Source: Eledone cirrhosa
Lineage: Eukaryota
Length of the DNA stretch: 64,000 bases
Reading direction: 5' to 3'
Assembly: GCA_964016885.1 (NCBI GenBank)
Contig: OZ024743.1
Coordinates: 111,600,001 to 111,664,000 of the forward strand
Shown: positions 27,503 to 40,009 of the stretch, one piece after another
Layout of the letters: the number at the start of each line of letters is the position of its first letter
How positions within the stretch are numbered: the first letter of the stretch is position 1
Position numbers and translations under genes: made by a program
Notes under the pieces: generated by a model
The model's input: the letters and a program-made list of their open reading frames with translations, nothing else
Database searches by the model: none
What the model was told of the DNA's origin: nothing

Positions 27503-27919
27503 TATGTATATACACACATATATCTAAACTATAATAAACTATAATAAAATTGCGAGATTGCGTACGGTTTATTTTTGTTTATCCCGTTTGTAAAATAAGT
27601 TGGATTACTTTGAATAAATAATGAATGAATATTTCATAATTTATGTACTCAATTTTGTAAACAAATATAATTTCGTAAAAATAAATAATTTCAAATTGAC
27701 TTCTTTTCAAAGTTGCACTTCCGGTATATCGTTGCCACCACCACTATTTCAACTACCATATATAAAGAAGGAGAGAGTTTGTAATGAGAGAGATAGATTA
27801 TGATTTTCTACACCTGACGCGTATGATTGTGCACATACATTCATCTATATGTATCAGTATATAACTATTGTGAGTATATAACTATAATCGTGCGCACACA
27901 AACTTATTAAAATACACTC

Positions 27920-28275
27920 TCACGGACATAATTCACACAAATACACATACATTCACACAAATATACATACATTCACACATACTTTCACACAAACATACAT
28001 ACTTTCACGCAAATATACAAACATTTACACATATACTTTCACACAAACATACATTCACACATATACATTTACACAAACACACACATACAGTCATGATAGC
28101 GTTCGGTTTAATTGGAGATGGGAAGGTATACATTCACACAAACATACATACATTCACACACACTTTCACACAAACATACATACATTTACACAAACGTACA
28201 TACATTCATACATTACATTTTCACAAACACACACATACAGTCATGATAGCGTTCGGTTTAATTGGAAATGGGAGG
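27920..28275. repeat. CA-rich ~20-bp minisatellite with a ~150-bp-period duplication
   Basis: cacaaacatacatacatt units. acagtcatgatagcgttcggtttaattgga occurs at about 28087 and 28237. Confidence 0.75.
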
Positions 28276-28610
28276 GTAAAAGAAGTACAAAGTTTTGTTT
28301 ATTTATTAATTCTTTATATTTATTTATTAGCTCTTTTTTTTTTAACTCATCTAAACTATAATAAAGTAAGGAGCACGGGACTTCTTTAAACATTCTGAAA
28401 TGTCAACATTTCCAGTTGGCCATCGCTTAAATAAACATACTAATTTTCTGTCACTAATTTTCTCCTAATGCAGTTTATATATAATATCGTCTTTTTTAAT
28501 GTATCACGGATTACGTTACTGATTAAATAAGACAGTGAAACGCAGCCTTCGTTCAATTTCTATGTGGGTTTTCTGCTAGTAAATATAATATACTTATATA
28601 TATACATATG

Positions 28611-28644
<34 letters not shown>

Positions 28645-28645
<1 letters not shown>

Positions 28646-28842
28646 CGAAGGAAATGTGGTAAGGAACCAGATGAACCATAACGCGCCAAAGTACTTAATA
28701 CTTATAGTAGTAGAATGCGTAATAGGAACAAATATGACCCCGACGCCAGAGCTCAAGCCGTTTCGACGGCTAATTCTGGACAGTCCAAAATTAGCCGTCG
28801 AAACGGCTTGAGCTCTGCTCTTGGGGTCATACTTGTTCTTAT
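28645..28842 (-). mobile_element. Hairpin-plus-tail element in (TA)n, family shared with 62640-62830
   Basis: About 55-bp-arm inverted repeat at 28725-28840, centred on tggac-a-gtcca, plus an asymmetric tail. Confidence 0.7.
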
Positions 28843-29363
28843 ATATATTTATATATATACTAGAAGTACCCGGCGTTTCCCGGGTGTAAGTCGACCTTTG
28901 GTCTGTTAAAATGTGTGAAAGTTACTTCCCGCGCATCACAAGTTCAACATTTCGAACTTCAATTAAAAAAAATAGGTTAGTAGACACAGGTGTGTAATTT
29001 ATTAATTGTAGTTACACAGTGTATCGTTGAAATTGTTCTCTGCACGACTGACAGAAGTCAAAATCGCTTGATATTGAATGTTCAGTTAATTTAAAGCAGG
29101 GTGAAAATGTCGATTACTTTCAGGGTTTTTTTTTTTTTCACAATTTTTGCGCTCACATGTGCAGAAGAAGAATTAAAAGGGCCTTTATCTTAACCGCGGC
29201 ATACTGGCGAGTCTTTTGTGACAGTTTTCAAGAATATAGGACGTTCCTGTAAAAAGGTTTCCCATGTGTAACTTTGTCTTGTTTTTTTGCGCAAAGTCGA
29301 GCCCCGCTTCAGTTTTATTGATTTTTTACATCAATGCGTGATCTCTGAAGTAGATTTGAGTAG

Positions 29364-29606
29364 CTAAAAACCTGTCCCGGTAAATTTGCTATAGGTGAAA
29401 AAAAGTTGATCAAAATTGTATCTAGGGTTATTGCCCTTTGCCACAGCCTCAAGCCTCGTCTGACGGGATGTTGGTGATTCCTCCGTCAGCGCTTGTTGGC
29501 GACGAAGGCGAACATCAGCAAGCCTTGTCGTACGTGATGTTGGTGACTCAACCAGCCGGGAAAGACGTCTATCATCGAGTCGAGATTCGCGCTCAGCAGG
29601 TGTTTC
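29364..29606 (-). CDS. Exon 2 of the Helitron mini-ORF, with STPR-like repeats
   Basis: Acceptor ttttctctag|GAA. Encodes ETPAERESRLDDRRLSRLV-ESPTSRTTRLADVRLRRQQALTE-ESPTSRQTRLEAV... and stays open to TAG at 29364-29366. Confidence 0.65.
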   Translation of the reverse strand, partial: ETPAERESRLDDRRLSRLVESPTSRTTRLADVRLRRQQALTEESPTSRQTRLEAVAKGNNPRYNFDQLFFTYSKFTGTGF

Positions 29607-29841
29607 CTAGAGAAAATTAATTAATTCTACTGGTTAGCTAAGCCAATGGCAGTGTCAATAGTAAATGAGAAAAGACTAACATGAACAAAAGGGAATCAAG
29701 GTAAGACAATAAATTTAATATAACTACGATTAGAATGTTGTAGTTGCTTAAAAGTGGTGACAGTTAGGATAAACGCAGTAATTGCTAACGTTAAGGGAGA
29801 ATATTGCATAAAGGATTAATCAATTGTGAATGAACTCATAC

Positions 29842-29922
29842 CTGAGAACGCCTAATTCGTTGTCTCAAAGCAGTAGCTGTACCTTTTTTGGAGGTAAGTC
29901 TTGAACGTTTCCGTGTGGGCAT
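29842..29922 (-). CDS. Exon 1 of a Helitron RepHel-like N-terminal mini-ORF
   Basis: Encodes MPTRKRSRLTSKKGTATALRQRIRRSQ (27 codons), followed by donor CAG|GTATGA, phase 0. Confidence 0.65.
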
Positions 29923-30044
29923 AACGACGTGTAACGAAGCTGTTAGGTTAGAGAGAGGTGATTAAATACAGAGAGAGATGACACCAGATTCGTTAGCATG
30001 GTTACTGGTGAATGGGAAGGTTTGGAAATATGATTACAATAATT

Positions 30045-30303
30045 TACCGAATTTTCCGGTCTATAAATTGCACTTAAAATAATTGAATTTAATCAAAAAA
30101 CAGCTCTGCGCTTTATACTCCGGTGAGCCTTATGTATAAATAATACAATAGTAATCAATCACGGCTCTAACAGAAGTAATAGATCTTGACTAAAAGTAAA
30201 GAAGATAGCATTTTCCTGGTTTGCCTTACACGCCGTTGCGCGGACCTGATTTTAAATGATACGCCTTATATCCTGGTGAGCCTTATAGAGCGGAAAATAT
30301 CTA
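30045..30303. mobile_element. Tc1/mariner-pogo-like MITE nested in the Helitron
   Basis: Imperfect TIRs taccgaattttccggtctataa / ttatagagcggaaaatatcta with TA ends, and subterminal ..ggtgagccttat repeats. Confidence 0.6.
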
Positions 30304-31371
30304 TTGGAAAATAATACGAATTCATGACCAATGTGTGACAAAATAGGCGTATATACAGCGCCTGAAACAAACTTGTCCAAAACCCTAGGATTTTTCTCGT
30401 TAAGTATCCACCCAGAAGGAACCGTTTTTTAGTTACAAAAAATAACCAAAGTGTATAGTAGCTATATTTCTGACATATCATGCCAAAAAGAACAATATAT
30501 TCAAAAAATGTTCTAAAGTACATTCAATCTCTCTTTTTGACCGATATCTTAATAAGCAAGTTATCGATTTTTTATTGGCTGTCAGTGTCTATCTGCATGC
30601 AGGTGTGCACGTGTGCGCAATTAATTGCAAATACGCTCATAACATTTAGTCGTAAGCAGAACAAAAAATGCCATTAGAGGTGGGCTAATAATGAAGACAC
30701 AAACCCTGGTGAACTTACGTTTAAACACCCGAAAAGTTACTCACTTCCTGTGCAAAAGACTGTATTATAAATTAAGTAATTTTTTAGAATTTTTTGTTTA
30801 AGAAAGGAAAACATTGGTACGGACGTAACAGTTTTTACAACTTTGTATGTGTACAATACAACTTGCTCAACGTATTATTTAGTAATTTTTTTTTTCAAAA
30901 AGCATGATTATTTAAGACTGTTTGAAAATGTACTCACAGCTTTTAGCATCACAAAAGACACCATTAAATTTGGTTCCCTTTTCAGATAGGGATAATACTG
31001 TATTTCCACTTGAATAAGGTGGAATATGAAAAGATAAACTCTTTAATGGTCGGTCGTTTACTGAGACAGCTGGGAAGACATGCAGCTGGCCGTCCAATCA
31101 ATAACGCACGTCCTTATATGGACATATGAAATTTATTTTTATTTTTATTAACTAAGAGTTCTTGTGTTCGATTTCACATAAAATTTCATTGGAATCGAAA
31201 AACCTTCTGTCATAGGGCCCGATTATCAATTTCTCGAAACTTTCAAGTAGCCTATTCCACTCTACGCGTTGAGTTTCATATATGTGTGAGGTTTCATGAA
31301 AATTGGATGAACGGTGTAGCATGCAAGTTCGGAACACCAAACAATGTCCATCTTCCCTTTATATATATAGA

Positions 31372-31376
31372 TATAT

Positions 31377-31439
<63 letters not shown>

Positions 31440-31454
31440 TATATATATACACAC

Positions 31455-31497
<43 letters not shown>

Positions 31498-31659
31498 TAT
31501 ATATATATATATACACACACACGCATGTGTATATATATATGTGTGTATATATATACATATACACATACACACACACAGATATATATATATACACGCAAAC
31601 GCACGCACACACAAACGCATTTATATATATATATGTGTGTGTGTGCGTGTGCGGGTGTA

Positions 31660-31712
<53 letters not shown>

Positions 31713-31718
31713 GTGTGT

Positions 31719-31756
<38 letters not shown>

Positions 31757-31772
31757 GTGTGCGTGTGTGTGA
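31372..31772. repeat. Compound (TA)/(CA)/(TG) microsatellite
   Basis: Direct reading. Confidence 0.95.
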
Positions 31773-31879
31773 AAACGCTTTTGTAGTTTGTGAATTCATT
31801 CAAACGTTTATATGTAAAACGGTGTTGTATAAACAACGATGTTCCAGCAAGAACAAATCTATGAGAATACAATTCATCA

Positions 31880-32250
31880 TTAAACTACATTAACGCAGAT
31901 GGCTAGGTTAAGTAAAAATAATCGTGAGCACAAAGATACCCACTCAAAGCCAGGTAGGTTAGCTTCACCACCTAAGCGGTTTGCCATAATAAATGATTTC
32001 GTGAGATCAGCTAAACTCGGAGGCCCTTATTCGACATCCAAACACAGAGTTAGTAAATGTCAGACACCTGAGCATCCACATGCAACAGCATATTTACTAC
32101 AACTATCCTGCTTTAAAAAAAGTTACGCCACCATCTTAGTAACTGAGTATCAGCTTTCTCCTTAATCTATATTTTTCACCCTTAGAAATCGTTTTTGCTG
32201 AATCTACTAACATCTCATTATCGATGACCCCCACCCCTTCACGCCTGTTC
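31880..32250 (-). mobile_element. Highly decayed RTE-like RT N-terminal fragment
   Basis: LADLTKSFIMANRLG resembles FVDLTKAFDTVNR.G. KGEKYRL and KMVA*L remnants lie upstream. Confidence 0.45.
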
Positions 32251-33419
32251 ACTAAACGCACACTAACTTCAAATAGGGCTTTCGCTATACCACTTCTCAC
32301 ACCAGAAAGAACACCATCGAAATCTAAAGTAATCATTCAATACTTCTAACACCGATTCAAAGTACAAATTCAAGTTGCAATAAATGAGATCATACTTCTT
32401 GAATCGATTTATACTTGAAAGGTTGTATATCAGTCATTCCAATGGGCCAATCCACAATGTCATAAACACTGACTTACACCACATATAGTTCCACTTCAAA
32501 CTGATTTTAATCTTCCTCTCATTCGATTGTATCAACCCTGCACTGAAACATCGCCCATCAACGATTCTTTTTCTAGTCTCTGCCAACGTAACACATTCAA
32601 TAATTCTAGCAATTGTTCCTGTTACTTCCAAAAAGAGAACAAAATTCACAAACTTTCAATTAAAATATCCTCATTCCCTAACCACCAGCAGCCATGTATA
32701 TTATATGCATTTGCGGATTGTTGTAGTTTTGTCCCGAAATCCATAACTGCAAAAGCAAAATAACATCCAAACCCAAGACCCAGTGTTCTATCGCACACAG
32801 CAGCTACTTGTACATTTATTTCGAAGTTGTCTGATATTATTTTTAATGTTCTTCTTATAATCATATATTCTTATTTTTCTTAAACTAACTTCGTGTGTAT
32901 GCATGTGCACATGACAGGGATATGTTTACAGACGCATGGCATTGTGTTTAGGCGATCACTCTACATACGAACAGGTATCACAGTTATGCACATTGTTATA
33001 TACCACGCCCCACTTCACTCCAGCAGACACACACAGACACACACAGACACACACACACGCGCGCAAACATACAAACACATATATATATATGTGTGTGTGT
33101 GAATGCGTGTGTGTGCGTGTGCGTGTGTGTGTATGTGTGCCTGTGTCTGTGTGTATATATTCCAGTGTTTTCACATTCTCATGAACTAAATTTAACAAAA
33201 GCCGTCAGGTTAAATATTTTTTCTTCTGAACAGTATTTGAATTTAACAATATATATTTCTTTAGAATATACAAACAAACGCACAAACACACACAGACACA
33301 TACAAACAGAATCATAGACATACGCACACAGACATACACCTATATATATGATGGAATCTCCCGTCGTATTTTGACGTATGCGCGTTCAACAGTCTCTTCA
33401 GTTCCGTTTTTATGATTAT

Positions 33420-35150
33420 GCCTTAAATGTCACTTTAGACCAGCTGCTGATTTACACATAAAGCTGTATCTAGTGCTAATAGAAGGATTTTCAGCAAAGC
33501 AGGATAGAATATTTGATCGGATCTTGGTGATAAATCTGACTTATTTCACGAAAATGGAACAAATGAGAAAGTGAATAACCAGTGATACAGCGAAGACAAT
33601 GTCTCGTAGATGTGCGTGCAATAAAGTATCCATGCCTCCAAGCGGTATATACGTATTGTCAGTACCATTACATGGTAAGCGTCTACATCAGTTTTGAGGA
33701 TTAAACTTGACAACAAAGTGAACCTACCTGAATCCCTAGATAATGAGATGGTAAATCGCGCCTCTAAAGCAACTGATGCCTGTGGCATATTAGATCATCT
33801 TAGACGATGATATAATTTTCTAACGGCGTCAGTTGGTTTAGAGACGCGATTGAAGATCTCATCAGCAAGGGTTCCCACTGCTGCAAAGGTAAGTAAAGGA
33901 TTTCATATACTTCAGATCCCTGGCATCATCAATGTTGGGAACACTGGGATCTCCGTATCCCGGCTGTCCTTGCCCAACATATTCTACTTGTCTGGACGTG
34001 GTTGGTCATGGTCAATGTACCACCTACGTTTTCTTAATGCTGATTGTTATACGAAATAATTTACAGGCGAGCGAGAAGAGATTCATCAATTCTGCTGTCT
34101 TTTCAAGGGATGTTGCAACAAATGCATCATCATCAGCAACCAGGAAATCACAAACAACACTTGTTCGTATAAGTGTTCTCGCTTTAAAGCGCTGGTGATT
34201 GAATAATCCACCTGATGTACAGAATTAAAATCTGAGTCGCCAAATGTGTAGTGGAGCATTACAGAATAGAACAAACCAAACAAAACATGAAACATGACAC
34301 AATACTACTTCGTACAGTTTGTGAAACCAAAAGGTTCAGAGCATTCGCCATTTGACATTATCGATACTTCCATTCCCTCATAAGTTTGACTCACTATTTA
34401 GGACATTATCAAAGTATTGCTTCAATCGAAATAGTATCTCAGCTTTGGCTATATATAGGATTGTACCACAAGAAGAGGGAACTTGATTTGACCACCTTTT
34501 TCTCGGATCATACACCGCCTTCAGAACATTATAAAAGAGTCTTGAGTCGGGTTTATAGGCAGCGTTTTACAGAGCAGCTACTTTAGCTGCTTACTAGTCA
34601 ACCTCCACCTATCTAATTGAGGATTGAGATTGCTGCTTACAATCTTTATAGATTGTCTTTTTAGTCGTTGATTACGTATCTCGTCTCCAATTAAAAGCCT
34701 ATATAGGTAATGTATCTTGGTGATAAAGGGCTGGATATTCGATTTGATTTCCTTTAAACTCTTCTTGTTTTTTCTCATAGGAAATCGTAAGAATAAGGAG
34801 GCGACATTGATGGCATCCTTGAGCGCTTTCCAACAAACCCCAATATCAACAAAAGTCTGAACTGAGCCAACTGATGAGTCAAGTTTTGCAGAAAGTTCCA
34901 CGCTCTTATCAGTGGACCTCAAACAACAGACATCAACTTTGGGTGTGACAGGTGGCTTTTGAAGATACCTTTTCTCGGAAAGATTAGATGAAACTTTACA
35001 GCACAGTAGTTCATAATTCGAAAGATATCAAAACGAGTGAAAAAGTGCGAATGATGTTGAAATGTTTTAGGTACGCCTGTGTGTGATGCCCCTTTTGAGT
35101 TCATAGCTCCGAATTCATTAAACCCAAGAACATCATCCATGTTCTATCGT
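33420..35150 (-). mobile_element. Decayed RTE (BovB-like) LINE with a large internal deletion
   Basis: WKALKDAINVAS, FYNVLKAVYDP, GECSEPFGFTN, GGLFNHQRFKART, DFLVADDDAFVA, LFSLACKLFRITISIKKT, SFTYLCS and DEIFNRVSK. Confidence 0.78.
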
Positions 35151-35217
35151 CAATTCCGACCCTAGAATATATCATATATTGGGCCTTGAAACCTTAAGTA
35201 TCGTCTTTGTTCCGTGC

Positions 35218-35287
<70 letters not shown>

Positions 35288-35289
<2 letters not shown>

Positions 35290-35420
35290 CAAGTAAGTGT
35301 GTTTTGAAACAGTGAGTGAGTTTGAAGTTAGAAAATAGAATAGCTTTCAGCGTATTTTTGACTCAAGAAATTTTAGCCTGATAAAAAATACCTGTCAAAA
35401 ATGCGGTGTAAGTTATTCTA

Positions 35421-35461
<41 letters not shown>

Positions 35462-35591
35462 AAGTAAGTATGTTTTGAAACAGTGAGCGAGTTTGAAGTT
35501 AGAAAATAGAATAGCTTTCACCGTATTTTTGACTCAAGAAATTTTAGCCTGATAAAAAATACCTGTCAAAAATACGGTGAAAGTTATTCTA

Positions 35592-35620
<29 letters not shown>
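35288..35620. repeat. Tandem pair of ~142-bp fold-back units separated by (TA)n
   Basis: 35288-35429 and 35459-35620 are near-identical. Each has an internal ~35-bp inverted repeat. Confidence 0.85.
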
Positions 35621-35661
<41 letters not shown>

Positions 35662-36018
35662 GGCTTTGGAAATTGGCTCCAGAATTTCGCCGAAAATACC
35701 CAGCAGAATGGTAATTTGTATTCCGTGCCCTTCGTGGCACAATCGACATATTTTTCTGTGCAAGGGAACGAGAGAATAGCCGTTTATGTATGTTTATGGA
35801 TATGAAATTTGCAATGTGTATATCCCTACGTATATGGTCGCCATATATATAATGGAGAAAAGACACACATAGACACACATACACTGGAACATAAATACAC
35901 GCATAGTTGTCGTCAGTGTGCGAACGAGTGCAAGTCTCTAGCAGGCTTGAAAAGCCATATACTAGCGTCACACACCTGGATCTGACAAGCGTCTGCAGTA
36001 CACTTAGCAGAATTTGCA

Positions 36019-36126
<108 letters not shown>

Positions 36127-38659
36127 ATATGTACCTGGGTATCACGAACAAGTTTTACTCCACACAAAATTTGTATCTAGATTATATTGTCAAAAATATC
36201 GAATGTGTTCACTCCTTCCACATATCAACTTCAGGTTGCATTACTAATATCAGTTACCATTCCATGGCTGAATTCCTTTTGTAAATAGAGAAATTACGTA
36301 GAGAACATAACCTTACACATTTAGTCCTACAAGTGTCATTCTCAACAAATTCCCTAACTTCGTTGGGGGTACATGCGTTAAATATCGATAATTTATTGAG
36401 TGAAAGAATAGTGCTGTCAGTAAAATTATTAAGGTTCTCCGCATTCTTCGTTTTAGATATTTCACATTACAGTATTGCCATTTTGCAACACAACTGTTTC
36501 CAAATTATATATTTTCTGTTTCATCTGAATACGTTCTTATTAGTGATTATGATGTTGTGCTCATGATCGAAACGTGATGATTTCGATTCCTGACGGTGCA
36601 TTATATCATTACGCCAGACATTTTATAACAGGTTGCGCCAGCTCAATCAAGTGGGAGAAAGGAGTTTTACAGTTAATTCAAAGAGTCAGCCTTCTTATAC
36701 ATGATGTCATGCACAATACACCAAGGAATTACGTCTGTGAAATATGTACTAGTCTCACAAAGTGAGGCAGATTCCGTTCGTAGACGTGGCACAGATATTG
36801 TAACTGAGATATATCCAACAAATCTTGTTTTATGCAAGATCTTTGTCTGATCCTCCTCTCTACTTCTCTTTTTCTTCGGTCGCTTATTCAGGAGTGGGTC
36901 GTGGGAGAGGCGTATTGAGATATGATCTCCATAGAATATCTTTTTCAAAAGCAACTTTTTCTAATTAATGCGGCTAGATCCACTAGTATGTCCAACCGAG
37001 CTCATGGGTTTTATCCAGACATCTTGGTTGGTATATATCTCTGAGGTTCTGCCGGTCGACATAGCCCATAAAAATCTATCCAGTAATTATTTACTCAGAC
37101 ATTTTAACGAAAGGTATGTACAACCGGAAATGTGATCTCCCTATTCGCAGAAGTATTTGTTCTACCGGCACGGAAAACTTGATCCTCAGAATGAGCAGAC
37201 TATTGGGAAACGTTACTCCCAAACGCCTCGGAGGTATTCAGTTTCGTTCGCATGTGTTTGCAATCGTATATTCTCGGCCATTACCCAACATTCGTGACAA
37301 AAGTTAGGGTCGGCCGAATTGAAGATAGCAAGTGTGACTTTTACACCTACTTTCCTTCTACTGATGAGAGAGTGCTGAGATGGTGCATTTCTAAAACACA
37401 AACAAAAACTTATATTTAATTCAGCCTCATGGAAATGGCTCCGAGTTACTTTATTTTCTCCACCTGCTTCAGTGTAACTCTACTCACATGCAGAGAGCAC
37501 TGTGCAGGACTTTTGAGAAGACCAGTGCCTCACATTTTACAGGACTAAGGTTCATTTCTGCCATGCAGCACACGATAGCACACCTATTTCTAATATATGT
37601 ATTTCACCAGTGTTTTTATTTGTATAATCATATATTAACATTCAGCAAATCTATTTAGTGTTAAGCTTAAAACTTATTGATGCTACACAGACCCATTCAT
37701 GTTTAATTGTAAACAAAAACGGTTATAGTTGCTTCCTAGAATGTTTCATTTTATATTTTCATATCAACGGATTTTGACGATGATTTTACCAGTTCTACCG
37801 ACACGTGTACTCTTAAAGTCATTTTCTAAAACGTTCAGCATCCCACAGCGTGACAAACATCGTATGTGTTTCAGTCTATCAAAGTTCACTAGCTAACTAC
37901 AGTTCAACTATTTGCTTTAGATGCCACACGGTGGTTTCGAACGCAACAGCTAATGATTGCAAGTGAAGCCCTTAACAATTCGAAAATACTGCTCCCAAAT
38001 CAATTACTAACGTGTGTGTAAGGATATAAAGACAATACTACCAAGTACTTTATGAGGAAACGTGATATCATACAGATGTCATCAAGTATATTCAGTAAAA
38101 TCTATTTTATATTGAGTTAATATATTGTTAATTTCGAACAATAGTACGAAGCAAAATGTAATTAGCTACTCATGGCATTAATCCAAAGACATCTGTCTCC
38201 ACAATATTGCTACACGGGAGGTGTTTTCATAAATTGTGGTATTATAATACAGAAATACTTATCTTTATAAGATATAAATATATATCAAACGCAAACTTGT
38301 CCCTTCAATCCATACTAACAAATTTATTATTTCTTATAGTCTAGTTTCCTCTTAATCTTTGTGTCTCTTTATTCTCTACTTACTTATTTTAATTTCTCAC
38401 CCTCTCTCTCCCTCTCTCCCACTCACTCTCTCTCACTCACTCTCTCTATCTCTCACTCTCTCTTCTTAGTGGAAAAGAATTGAAACTAGTTAATCATATC
38501 CTTTTGATTCTACCTCTTCAATACACCCACAATGCCGGTATTTGCGCCTCAGATACTCTACAACCACCAACACACATAATATAAATATATATCAGACCTG
38601 TCACACCTACTTTGGGGTAGATGAGAGATGTCTTCGCTTTTCAAAATGGGTATAGCTTT

Positions 38660-38836
38660 CATTGCAGTATCGGTAGAGGGTCGGACGCCATGCTTTGCAG
38701 CATAGAGTTACGGCCCTTGCCATTATGAGTTCAAATCCCGCCGAGGTTAACTTTGCCTTTTATCCTTACGAGGTCGATAAAATAAAGTAATACACTAGAA
38801 TAATTGCTGGCCTTGTGCCAAAAGAAGATACAATTA
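38660..38836 (+). mobile_element. tRNA-derived SINE
   Basis: A box, B box (gagttcaaatcc), core and tail all present. Confidence 0.88.
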
Positions 38837-38966
38837 TGTAAAGTATCTCCAATCTTTTCTCATTTCTCCCCGTATTCTGACACTTTTTTTATGGTACACC
38901 ACGTTTGCGATTTTAGAAGTTAGCAGGTCTGATATATAAAAATATATATATATATATATATATATA

Positions 38967-39032
<66 letters not shown>

Positions 39033-39658
39033 GTTGTGATTTCGATTCCCAGATTATGCGTTATGTCCTTCAGCAAGACATTATATTTCAATTTATGTAA
39101 GTTGCGACCGACTCATAGTATTAGCAATTGGAAAGACGAAAGGAAAGAATGTTTCCTCGTTCCAATCTGACGAGCTGCATCCCACTAGTTAACCGAATGA
39201 GGTCTGGGGTTTTGTCGATCGACTCTCGATATATATATATATATATAAACAAAGAGTTTTATAAAGATGCATAGTGAAAAATGTTAATCAGTATATCCAA
39301 AAGTTGAGAACATTGGGAAACTACCATTGGAGATGGGAAAATATGATTAGAGAATCCTCTGTCCGTTTCTCCGTCACGAGACTAAAGCTTTTTTTAGAAA
39401 AAAAATATATTCTGATTTTTGCCATACAATGTGTAACTTCTTTTTGTATACGATGGGTAAAATATGGGTAAGGGGTTATCGGAGACAGTCGATAATTTGT
39501 GCCTATATATGAATCAAGTTGTGTGTATGTGTATATTTATATGTGTGTGTTAATAGCGTTGCGTGATACATTATTAGTAAAATTCGATATTAGGGTTAAG
39601 TACTCCCCAGTTGATATTTTCTCCCAATTAAAAAATATAAATAAACCCGTGTCATACT

Positions 39659-39713
<55 letters not shown>

Positions 39714-39961
39714 CGATGTGTCATACACGAGGTAAAATGTGTTTATTCATGCGTATGTATGAGATATAAATGCATTTGTACATATATACATATGTAATTA
39801 TTTGTATCTCTCAATATATAAGTGCGTATAGATATATTTACGTCTATGCATGTGTGTATCTGCCTCTATCTCTCTCTCTCTCTCTCTCTCCAACTTTCCC
39901 TCTCTCTCTCTATTTCCCTCCCTCTCTCGCGATCTATCTATCTGTGTGTGTGTGTGTATAA

Positions 39962-40009
<48 letters not shown>

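Larger units (their letters stand above)
28860..31371 (-). mobile_element. Non-autonomous Helitron (about 2.5 kb)
   Basis: Minus strand starts A|TCTATATATATAAA and ends with hairpin cccgg-gaaacg-ccggg then tactt-CTAG|T. This gives a 5' TC, 3' CTAG, insertion between A and T, and no TSD. Confidence 0.85.
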
